A DNA stretch of 40,568 nt, taken from a virus. Lineage: Duplodnaviria > Caudoviricetes. The notes below the pieces were generated by a model, which was given only the letters and a program-made list of their open reading frames with translations, had not been told where the DNA came from and searched no databases. Each line of letters starts with the position of its first letter. The first letter of the stretch is position 1. Position numbers and translations under genes: made by a program. Below are positions 26,081 to 34,157 of this stretch, piece after piece. Location: IMG/VR virus record IMGVR_UViG_3300030104_003667, positions 1 to 40,568 of that record; one strand, given 5' to 3'.

Positions 26081-26540
26081 TATTGGTCTATTAGATTTAT
26101 TAGACACTACGGTTCGAAAAAAAAGTTTTTTTTGAAAAGTTCCTATATATAAATAAGCTTAATAACCGCCCATCTCGGTCTCACCGGAGAACCATATCGT
26201 TCGTCGATTCATAAAAAACTACCATTTATCCCTGTTGCTGTGACCATGATCACCGATTTTTTTCGCTTGTGCCAGTGACAACAGAGCTCGGCCGCGTGCG
26301 CGGGAATCGCGGTCCGTGTGCCTAGGAACACAACAAAAAGCTTTGCAGCGGGGACCCGGAATGGCGCCCCGGGGGCCAAAAATCGCCCGGCTGGCCCAAA
26401 AAGCGCCTACCTACTCGCTCCGCGGGCCAAGATTCTTAAAACGGATAAAATAGGTTGACAATTATTAGTATATATAAGAGAATTTTTAAAATTGTCAAAA
26501 AATCCAAAATGAGGCGTCTAATCAATACAATACTCCAATA
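26081..26540. repeat. Imperfect ~87-bp inverted repeat pair (26081-26167 and 26453-26540) flanking a GC-rich core
   Basis: Outer 25 bp match 20/25; TTTRAAAA and TATATATA blocks at conserved spacing. Confidence 0.6.
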
Positions 26541-26564
26541 TAGTTCCACAATTATTTTTGATAG

Positions 26565-26593
26565 TTTACAAATTTGTCGGATACTGTTATATT
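26565..26593 (+). promoter_or_regulatory. Sigma70-like promoter TTTACA-17-TATATT with extended -10 TG, for the packaging/structural arm
   Basis: Exact spacing; followed by AAGGAGG RBS. Confidence 0.7.
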
Positions 26594-26621
26594 TATACAA
26601 AAGCAACTTAAAGGAGGTACG

Positions 26622-26774
26622 ATGCCAGCAAAAAAAGGTCTGTATGCCAATATTCACGCTAAAAGAAAAAGAATAAAGGCAGGCTCTGGTGAGACGATGC
26701 GTAAGGCTGGGGCCAAGGGGGCTCCGTCTGCTGCTGACTTTCGTAGGTCTGCTAAGACTGCTAAGAAAAAATGA
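26622..26774 (+). CDS. Small basic protein (50 aa)
   Basis: AAGGAGG RBS; GLYANIHAKRKRIKAGSGE.MRK.G.KGAP, a family I recognise from marine phages. Confidence 0.8.
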   Translation: MPAKKGLYANIHAKRKRIKAGSGETMRKAGAKGAPSAADFRRSAKTAKKK

Positions 26775-26814
26775 GGAAGAAACCAAAACCGTACGGTAAA
26801 CCACCAAGGAGATA

Positions 26815-27090
26815 ATGGCCAGACCAAAAGGTGCAAAGAACAAGAGGACCCAAGAGATAATGGACCGGCTAGCTGAGCTAGACTGCGATCCTATTGAGGG
26901 CATGGTCACGATTGCCAACGATCCGACGTCAAGTCAGGAGTTGAAGCTTCAGGCTTACAAGGAGTTGGCACAGTACGTGGCACCTAAGAGAAAAGCCGTG
27001 GACATGACAGCTTCTGTTGACGGCAACATCTCAATTGACATCGTCAAGTTTTCAGATATAGAAGAGGATGAAGCTCAGGGTTCCAGTTGA
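26815..27090 (+). CDS. terS: Putative terminase small subunit
   Basis: RPKGAKNK..; KELAQYVAPKRKAV; directly upstream of the large subunit. Confidence 0.7.
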   Translation: MARPKGAKNKRTQEIMDRLAELDCDPIEGMVTIANDPTSSQELKLQAYKELAQYVAPKRKAVDMTASVDGNISIDIVKFSDIEEDEAQGSS

Positions 27091-28369
27091 CTGGAGACCC
27101 AGGCCATATCAGTTGCCGCTTTGGAAGTTTTTAGAGGGCGGAGGTAAGAGAGCAGTCTGTGTCTGGCACCGTCGTGCCGGCAAAGACTTGTGCAGTATCA
27201 ACTGGGCCGTGGTCTCAGCATTGCAGCGTCCGGGCCTGTATTGGCACTTGTTTCCTACCTACAACCAAGGTCGCAAGATTGCTTGGGACGGCATGACCAA
27301 GGACGGCCGTGCTTTTCTTAATCACTTTCCAGAAGAGTTAGTCGAAGCCAAGAACAACACCGAGATGCGGTTGACACTGAAGAATGGGTCAATCTTCCAG
27401 GTGGTAGGCACTGACAACGTCGACCGGCTGATAGGAGCAAACCCAGTCGGTGTCATCTTTTCTGAGTACTCCGTCCAAGATCCCAGAGCCTGGGACTACA
27501 TCAGACCAATCCTTGCCGAGAACGACGGCTGGGCATTATTTATCTTTACAGCCAGGGGTCGCAATCATGGTTATGATCTTCTGAACATTGCCAAGAGGAA
27601 TGAGACGTGGTTTCAGCAAGTCTTATCGGTGGAGGACACTCGAGCCATTCCCATGTCAGCAGTTGACGAGGAACGCGCGGCGGGAATGCCAGAGGAGATG
27701 ATCGAGCAAGAGTTCTTTTGTTCGTTTGATGCTCCGCTAGTAGGGGCATACTATGGTAACGCGATGGCACGGCTGTTAGCAGACAAGCATATTACTAAGG
27801 TTCCTTACGAACCCTTGTTAGACGTACACACGTCCTGGGACCTAGGTGTCGGTGACTCGACAGTCATCTTGTTCTTTCAGTTGCAAGGCAACGAGATCAG
27901 GATCATCGATTATTATGAAAATCAAGGCGAGGGCCTAGCACATTATATCAAGGTGCTGCGTGAGAAAGAATACGTATATGGTGACCACTACGCGCCACAC
28001 GACATCCAGGTCAGAGACTTCAGTACTGGCAGATCTAGGTTAGAGATTGCCAGGGAGCTCGGGGTCAGGTTCAGGGTCGCGGCCAACCTGAGGATTGACG
28101 ACGGCATCGAGGCAGTCAGGTCCATCTTGCCAAGGTGCTACTTTGACGAGGACAAGTGCAGCCACTTGATTGAGGCCCTGAGGCAGTATAGAAAAGACTA
28201 TGATGAGAAGCTGAAGGCCTACAAGGACAGACCTTTGCATGACTGGACCAGTCACCCGGCAGACGCCATGCGGTACCTGGCACTGAGTGTGAGAGACCGG
28301 ATTAACAAGAAGATTTCTAACTTGCCAAGACAAGCAGAACTTGAATACGGGATCTTTGACGCATATTAG
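27068..28369 (+). CDS. terL: Terminase large subunit
   Basis: WHRRAGKD Walker A, IFSE Walker B, WDLGVGDST and HPADAMRY nuclease motifs. Confidence 0.95.
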   Translation: MKLRVPVDWRPRPYQLPLWKFLEGGGKRAVCVWHRRAGKDLCSINWAVVSALQRPGLYWHLFPTYNQGRKIAWDGMTKDGRAFLNHFPEELVEAKNNTEMRLTLKNGSIFQVVGTDNVDRLIGANPVGVIFSEYSVQDPRAWDYIRPILAENDGWALFIFTARGRNHGYDLLNIAKRNETWFQQVLSVEDTRAIPMSAVDEERAAGMPEEMIEQEFFCSFDAPLVGAYYGNAMARLLADKHITKVPYEPLLDVHTSWDLGVGDSTVILFFQLQGNEIRIIDYYENQGEGLAHYIKVLREKEYVYGDHYAPHDIQVRDFSTGRSRLEIARELGVRFRVAANLRIDDGIEAVRSILPRCYFDEDKCSHLIEALRQYRKDYDEKLKAYKDRPLHDWTSHPADAMRYLALSVRDRINKKISNLPRQAELEYGIFDAY

Positions 28370-28811
28370 AGACATAGAGAAGTCAGATGTTGTCCATGTT
28401 GTAAGATTAGTTAGACAGATAGTAAAAGAATCTAGCTTTTCACAGGTCCTGTTTGATGATGATCATTGCGCCGTCAACGTAGAGCAGTGGATAAATCACG
28501 ATGCTTATTACGTTCAAGGTGCCTTTGATTCGAATAAAAACATTTTTGCTGTTTACGCCGGTTATATCACGCAGTACTATTTCTCAAAAGACCTTGTCGC
28601 ACACGATTTTTTGATGTACGTGGAACCCGAGAGACGCGGTGGTTACACAATTGTAAGGTTAGTCAAGAATTTTGAGTCGTGGGCAAAGTCTATGGGAGCC
28701 AAGGAGATAAGGCCAGGCACGTCAACAGGTATAAAGTCTGAGATGAGCAAGAAACTTTACGAGGCACTTGGCTATAAATTTACAGGACACAACTTTATGA
28801 AAAGGAGTTGA
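28341..28811 (+). CDS. GNAT-family acetyltransferase
   Basis: MYVEPERRGG acetyl-CoA motif A; KLYEALGYK motif B. Confidence 0.85.
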   Translation: MNTGSLTHIRDIEKSDVVHVVRLVRQIVKESSFSQVLFDDDHCAVNVEQWINHDAYYVQGAFDSNKNIFAVYAGYITQYYFSKDLVAHDFLMYVEPERRGGYTIVRLVKNFESWAKSMGAKEIRPGTSTGIKSEMSKKLYEALGYKFTGHNFMKRS

Positions 28812-28812
28812 T

Positions 28813-29154
28813 ATGTGTGGACCGGTCTCATTTAGCCCAGGAACAATAGTTGGAAGTACAGTTGATGCTATCTTTAATCAACTTCCCGGGGGCAGTAAAA
28901 AAAGAAAATCACAGCTACAGTCTTCTAGTATACCAAAAAAACCTAAGCCTGTGACACAGCCTCAGGAAATAGAAGATCCTGAAAAAGAGATTGAAGTGGA
29001 CGCAGGTAACGCGGCAACTCAGGTCACTAAGAAGTACGCCAGGCGAGGTAGAAAAGCAAACATCCTGGCAGGTGCCATGGGAGGTATGAACATGGAACGC
29101 ATACGCCGACGCCGGATGCTTGGGTCATTTTCTGAACCAATGGGTCAATATTGA
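28813..29154 (+). CDS. Small pre-portal virion-associated protein
   Basis: MC start, RRGRKANIL..G motif, position just before the portal. Confidence 0.6.
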   Translation: MCGPVSFSPGTIVGSTVDAIFNQLPGGSKKRKSQLQSSSIPKKPKPVTQPQEIEDPEKEIEVDAGNAATQVTKKYARRGRKANILAGAMGGMNMERIRRRRMLGSFSEPMGQY

Positions 29155-30764
29155 TAAACGACAAAGTCTCCAAACTGCTGCAACGGTCTGAGCAGCTAGA
29201 GGACCGCAGGTCCATCTGGGAACAGCTCTGGCAAGACTGCACGGATTACGTCAACCCCCGGCGAGGTGACTTTTCTGCAGTCAAGTCTAGAGGATCAAAC
29301 CAGAGATTTGACAAGGTCTTTGACTCGACTGCTCCGTTAGCCAACGAGCAGCTAGCATCTGGACTGCATGGTCACTTGACGAATGCTGCTGAGAGGTGGT
29401 TTAGTCTCCGTGTCCCTGGGTCCCCTGAGTCAGAACCATTGAGAGCTTGGCTGCAAGGCACAGTTGACCTGATGTTTGACGAGGTATTTTCTTCTCCTGA
29501 GACCAACTTTGTCACAGCAATCCACGAGCTGTACCTAGACCTTGGTGCTTACGGTACGGCAGTCTTATATATAGAAGACAAACCTGGCAGGGCAGTCAAC
29601 TTCAGAAGCTTTCACTTGGCTGAGTGCTATGTCTCAGAGAACGCTGAGGGTGTGATTGACACCTTATATCGTAAATATAAGCACACGGCAAGACAGTTAG
29701 TAGAGCTTTATGGCGAAGTCTTACCTGAAAAGATAGTTGAACAAGCAGAAAAGCAGCCATTTAAGGAGTTTACGTGCTTGCACGCAGTTGAACCACGAGA
29801 GACAGCTGTCAACCCAGACAAGCGAAACGCACTTGAGATGCCATTCAAGTCTTGCTATGTCTTGGTAGAAGAGAAGCTCATGCTGCAAGAGAGCGGCTTC
29901 ATGGAGTTTCCTTACATGGTACCACGTTGGAGCAAGACCTCTGGCGAAGTCTATGGCAGGTCTCCGGCAATGATGTGCTTGCCAGACATTAAGATGGTCA
30001 ACGAGATGATGAAGACGACCATCCGGGCTGCCCAAAAGGCAACTGATCCACCCTTGCTTGTACCAGATGACGGTTTTATCTTGCCACTCAGGACCATCCC
30101 GGGAGGTCTTAACTACTACAGGTCTGGCACAAATGACCGGGTAGAGCCTCTGACCACTGGTTCTAGGCCTGATATTGGTCTTGACTACATAGAATCACGC
30201 CGGGAGCATATCACTAAGACATTTCACACTGACTGGCTGCAACTCAGAGAGGGTCCACAGATGACTGCAACTGAGGTACTGCAGCGTCAGGAAGAGAAGA
30301 TGAGGCTGATGGGCCCGATGGTAGGACGCTTGCAGTCAGAGCTTCTTGGTCCCATGATAGACCGTGTCTTTAATATACTCACGAGGCGTGGTCAACTAGC
30401 CATGGCACCCACTGAGTTTGAGGGCCAGCAGCTTGCCGTAGACTATGTGACCCCGGTTGCACGAGCACAAAAAGCACAGCTTGTGTTTAACTTGTCTAGA
30501 TTCCTAGAGCAGATGGTGCCTCTGGCAAACTTAAAGCCTGAGATGCTAGACAACCTAGACTTTGATGCAACTTTCAGGTGGGCACACAGCACGTTAGATG
30601 CACCGATGATGACCTTGACTAACATGGAAAGCATGGCACAGCAACGTCAACAGCGGGCACAGCAAGAGCAAGCCATGATGGAACAAGAACAAGCAAACGC
30701 ACAGGCAGCACAGATTAAAGACCTGGGTGCTGCAAACCAATCGCTAAGTAATGCCGCAGGATAG
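29151..30764 (+). CDS. Portal (head-tail connector), podovirus type
   Basis: FDSTA..LASGL; DLGAYGTA; PRW...GEVYGRSPAM; MTATEV..RQEEKMR. Confidence 0.95.
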   Translation: MINDKVSKLLQRSEQLEDRRSIWEQLWQDCTDYVNPRRGDFSAVKSRGSNQRFDKVFDSTAPLANEQLASGLHGHLTNAAERWFSLRVPGSPESEPLRAWLQGTVDLMFDEVFSSPETNFVTAIHELYLDLGAYGTAVLYIEDKPGRAVNFRSFHLAECYVSENAEGVIDTLYRKYKHTARQLVELYGEVLPEKIVEQAEKQPFKEFTCLHAVEPRETAVNPDKRNALEMPFKSCYVLVEEKLMLQESGFMEFPYMVPRWSKTSGEVYGRSPAMMCLPDIKMVNEMMKTTIRAAQKATDPPLLVPDDGFILPLRTIPGGLNYYRSGTNDRVEPLTTGSRPDIGLDYIESRREHITKTFHTDWLQLREGPQMTATEVLQRQEEKMRLMGPMVGRLQSELLGPMIDRVFNILTRRGQLAMAPTEFEGQQLAVDYVTPVARAQKAQLVFNLSRFLEQMVPLANLKPEMLDNLDFDATFRWAHSTLDAPMMTLTNMESMAQQRQQRAQQEQAMMEQEQANAQAAQIKDLGAANQSLSNAAG

Positions 30765-31005
30765 TTACACACTGACAGAGCTTCATGACTCGTACAAAGC
30801 AGTCTTTAATAATAAAGACGGCGAGCGAGTCTTGGAACATCTGTGCAAGATTGGCCATGTAAATGAGTCAACCTATGTCACAGGTGACCCTGGAGAGTCT
30901 GCACATCGAGAAGGTATGCGTAGACTCGTCTTGAGTATCTTACGGTTTGTTAACCGAGACGCTCAAGAGATTTATCAACTCACACAGCAATCACAGTATG
31001 ACTGA
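30751..31005 (+). CDS. Bbp19-like small protein
   Basis: YKAVF...DGERVL.HL..; A.REGMR..VL.I; between portal and scaffold. Confidence 0.75.
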   Translation: MPQDSYTLTELHDSYKAVFNNKDGERVLEHLCKIGHVNESTYVTGDPGESAHREGMRRLVLSILRFVNRDAQEIYQLTQQSQYD

Positions 31006-31825
31006 AGAAACTGGGTCCGTAGAAGCACCGGTCGATGCACCGGTAGAGACGGGCAGCTCAGATTGGTTAGATTCAATTGAAGAGAGTCTCAAGACTGAGC
31101 CAAGCCTGTCAGATATAAAAGATGTCAACTCTTTGGCAAAGTCTTACGTACATGCACAAAAGATGATTGGTGCTGACAAGATTGTCATGCCAAGCGATAA
31201 GTCAACAGACGACGAGTGGAATGATTTTTACGAAAAGCTGGGTCGTCCTGAAAAATATGAGCTTAAGCAGCCTGAACTAAGAGAAGGTGTAGACTTTGAT
31301 CCGGCAGCAGCAGCTGGTATGGAAGAGATCATGCACAAGGCAGGACTTTCTCAAACACAGGCGCAGTCGATCATTGATGGCTACTGGGATATGATTGGCG
31401 GTCAATACGACTCGTTAGTAGAGCAAGCACAAGCAGACCAAGAGGCATCTCAAGAAGAACTTAGAAAAGAGTTTGGCCGAGCATTTGATCAAAAGGTAGC
31501 ACTGGCAAAGAGAGCCGCTGAGGAGTTTGGTGGTAAACCTTTCTTAGAGTGGTTAGAAAAATCAGGGCAAGGTGACAACTCAGCAATTGTCAGGATGCTG
31601 GCTAACGCAGGAGCACAGATGTCAGAATCAGGAGCAATGACCGGTGAGGGTTCTCAAGGATTTGCCTTGACACCTAACTCAGCAAAACAGGAGATTGGCC
31701 GTTTGACCGGTGACCAAAACTTCATGAAGCAATACCATGATAGCGAAGAACCAGGGCACGAGCAAGCAGTAATAAAGATGCAGGACTTGTATCAATTTGC
31801 TTATCCTGAGGAAGTAGCGTCATAA
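30998..31825 (+). CDS. Capsid scaffolding/assembly protein
   Basis: LAKSYVHAQKMIG; FYEKLGRPE.Y; acidic; start reassigned to ATG 30998. Confidence 0.85.
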   Translation: MTEETGSVEAPVDAPVETGSSDWLDSIEESLKTEPSLSDIKDVNSLAKSYVHAQKMIGADKIVMPSDKSTDDEWNDFYEKLGRPEKYELKQPELREGVDFDPAAAAGMEEIMHKAGLSQTQAQSIIDGYWDMIGGQYDSLVEQAQADQEASQEELRKEFGRAFDQKVALAKRAAEEFGGKPFLEWLEKSGQGDNSAIVRMLANAGAQMSESGAMTGEGSQGFALTPNSAKQEIGRLTGDQNFMKQYHDSEEPGHEQAVIKMQDLYQFAYPEEVAS

Positions 31826-31864
31826 AAATGTTTTAAAAAAATATTTTTTTAGCTATATTGAACT

Positions 31865-31942
31865 GGGGAGCGGACTTTTGTCCGTCCGAGTCTTATGCCG
31901 CTCGACTATAAACGTGGCAGTCAGGTCCGTAAGGGTAGCCTA
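31865..31942 (+). promoter_or_regulatory. Structured leader upstream of the major capsid gene
   Basis: Three hairpins, two sharing a GGGNAGC/GTCC internal loop. Confidence 0.5.
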
Positions 31943-31974
31943 TAATTTAAACTAAACTAACGGAGATTTTTTCT

Positions 31975-32859
31975 ATGTCTACGCAAATAACAACGGCATT
32001 TGTACAACAGTACCGTGCCAACGTAGAACATCTCCTGCAGCAAAAAGGGTCGCGGCTTCGCCCGTTTGTCAGATCAGAAACTCAAAGTGCTGAATTTGAC
32101 TTTTACGATCGAATCGGATCTACTGCTGCCCAGGAGGTGACGGGGCGTCATCAAGACACTCCACTCGTTACAGTACCACACGATCGCAGACGCGTCTCGC
32201 TTCGCGATTTTGATTGGGCTGAGTTGATTGACAGAACAGACCGGATTCGACTTCTCATGGATCCCACTTCACCTTACGCGCAAAATGCTGCTTTTGCACT
32301 TGGCCGTAAGATGGACGAGATCATTATTGAGGCAGCCACCGGAACTGCTTCTACCGGTAAGACAGGCTCTGGCAGTGCTACGTTTTTAGCAGGCAATCAA
32401 ATTGCTGTGAACTACGTAGAATCTGGCGGTGCTACAAACTCAGGTCTTACCATTGGTAAGTTGCGCAAGGCGAAGGAACTCTTGGATGCCGCTGAAAACG
32501 ATCCAAGTGAAGCTCGCTATTGCCTTGTGACTGCTAAGCAAGTCAATGATCTTCTGCAGACAACTGACGTGACAAGTGCTGACTTTAATACAGTACGAGC
32601 CTTGGTTCAGGGAGAGATTAACTCTTTCCTTGGCTTTCAGTTTGTCAGGACAGAACTTGTTGGTACGGACACTAGTTCATACCGCCGTGTATTAGCTTAT
32701 ACTAAGTCTGGATTGCTGCTTGCAGTTGGTCAAGACATCAACGTGGACATTGGTCCTCGTCGAGATAAGCGCAATGCAACACAGGTCTACTGCTCCGCTT
32801 CATTTGGCGCTGTTCGAATGGAAGAAAAGAAGATCGTCGAAATCAAATGCGCTGAATAA
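31975..32859 (+). CDS. Major capsid protein
   Basis: MSTQITTAFVQQY..LLQQKGSRLR; ALGRKMD; FLGFQF; GAVRMEE. Confidence 0.93.
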   Translation: MSTQITTAFVQQYRANVEHLLQQKGSRLRPFVRSETQSAEFDFYDRIGSTAAQEVTGRHQDTPLVTVPHDRRRVSLRDFDWAELIDRTDRIRLLMDPTSPYAQNAAFALGRKMDEIIIEAATGTASTGKTGSGSATFLAGNQIAVNYVESGGATNSGLTIGKLRKAKELLDAAENDPSEARYCLVTAKQVNDLLQTTDVTSADFNTVRALVQGEINSFLGFQFVRTELVGTDTSSYRRVLAYTKSGLLLAVGQDINVDIGPRRDKRNATQVYCSASFGAVRMEEKKIVEIKCAE

Positions 32860-32868
32860 GGAGACAAT

Positions 32869-33369
32869 ATGGCCAGTCAAAATAGTACCGAGTACGCAAA
32901 TACTGTCGCAACTCCTCCTGTGATGAATCAGCCTACTGAAGATCACGGTCGGATGCGCATCAAGTATTTCAAACACACGCAATCCGGCTCCGGTAGTTCT
33001 GGAGATTCGGTAGCTCTTTGCAAACTCCCCGGCGGGAAAGTAAGAATGATCTTGGCTCTCTCAAGAGTCTATGTAAACTGGACTACTAGTTCAGCAAACT
33101 TAGATCTTGGCTGGGATGCTTACACTTCCGGCGCATCAGGGACTGAAGGTGATACAATCGCCGCTGATCCTGACGGATTGGTTGATAACCTAGACGTAGA
33201 TACGGTAGGTTATTTTACTTTTGAAGGCGCTCTTGCTGCTACCAAGGCACTTGGTGGTACATACGTCTTTGAAAGCCAAGACGGAGTTTTGATCCGAGCA
33301 ACCTCACAAGCTGCTGCTATGGCAGATGGTGACGTGATTGCCGGCTACATTGTTTATGTAGTCGATTGA
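32869..33369 (+). CDS. Putative capsid decoration/minor head protein
   Basis: Beta-rich, directly after the capsid gene with AAGGAG RBS; ends YVVD. Confidence 0.7.
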   Translation: MASQNSTEYANTVATPPVMNQPTEDHGRMRIKYFKHTQSGSGSSGDSVALCKLPGGKVRMILALSRVYVNWTTSSANLDLGWDAYTSGASGTEGDTIAADPDGLVDNLDVDTVGYFTFEGALAATKALGGTYVFESQDGVLIRATSQAAAMADGDVIAGYIVYVVD

Positions 33370-33377
33370 TCCTCAAC

Positions 33378-33397
33378 AGGGGATCTTCGGATCCCCT
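33378..33397 (+). terminator. Hairpin with cUUCGg loop after the head genes
   Basis: AGGGGATC-TTCG-GATCCCCT, weak U-tract. Confidence 0.7.
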
Positions 33398-33412
33398 TCA
33401 CACAAGGAAAAT

Positions 33413-33550
33413 ATGTCAACAGTGATTCTCGTAAAAGAAGAAGGCAATGAGCAAGAAGTTGTCAAAGATTCTGCACAGCATAAAGACCTGGTTAAAAAAG
33501 GTTGGAAAGATAAGAACGCTCCTAAAAAAGCTGCTAAGAAAAGTGAGTAA
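33413..33550 (+). CDS. 45-aa protein absent from the ORF track
   Basis: AAGGA RBS; MSTVILVKEEG...KKAAKKSE; TAATG coupling to tail tube A. Confidence 0.65.
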   Translation: MSTVILVKEEGNEQEVVKDSAQHKDLVKKGWKDKNAPKKAAKKSE

Positions 33551-34155
33551 TGGCAACAGCCACAGCTAACATAGACCTGGTCAACAGGTCATTAGCACTT
33601 CTGGGTGTCGAGTCAATTACATCTTTGTCTGACACCTCGAAGCCTGCGTCTACAGCAAACTTGTTGTATGACAATACTAGGGCCGCTGTATTTAGAGCAC
33701 ATCCCTGGAACTGTCTTACTAAGAGAGCAGCTCTTGCACAAGATGCCACGGCACCTGTGTATGAGTACACGTATCGCTATATCTTGCCAGCAGACTACTT
33801 AAGACTACTGACGTTAGAGGAACCAGTCGACGAGTACCAGCTTGAAAATGGTTTTATCTTATCTAATGACAGCACCTTAAATATTAAGTACACGGCTCTT
33901 GAGACAGATGTCACGAAGTATGACACACTTCTTGTAGAAGCCCTTACCGCAAGACTAGCTGCTGATCTAGCACAGCCCTTGCTTCAGAGCATGTCGGCAA
34001 TGGAAGCCATGCAGCGTATGTATGAGCTTAAGATCAGAGAAGCTAAGTTCGTAGATGCACAAGAAAACTCACAAGACATCTTAGACACAGACTACTGGCT
34101 CGAATCAAGGCTAGGTGTTTATAGAGAAAATATAAGTACTCCTCCGAGGTTCTAG
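33550..34155 (+). CDS. Tail tubular protein A (adaptor)
   Basis: NRSLALLG..I.SL; HPWNC..KR..LA; Y.LPADYLR; LAADLA. Confidence 0.88.
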   Translation: MATATANIDLVNRSLALLGVESITSLSDTSKPASTANLLYDNTRAAVFRAHPWNCLTKRAALAQDATAPVYEYTYRYILPADYLRLLTLEEPVDEYQLENGFILSNDSTLNIKYTALETDVTKYDTLLVEALTARLAADLAQPLLQSMSAMEAMQRMYELKIREAKFVDAQENSQDILDTDYWLESRLGVYRENISTPPRF

Positions 34156-34157
34156 TC

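Noticed and set aside
26436-26918. 160-aa minus ORF and 73-aa plus ORF in the control region
   Set aside because: Antisense to real genes or low-complexity AT-rich translations over promoter DNA
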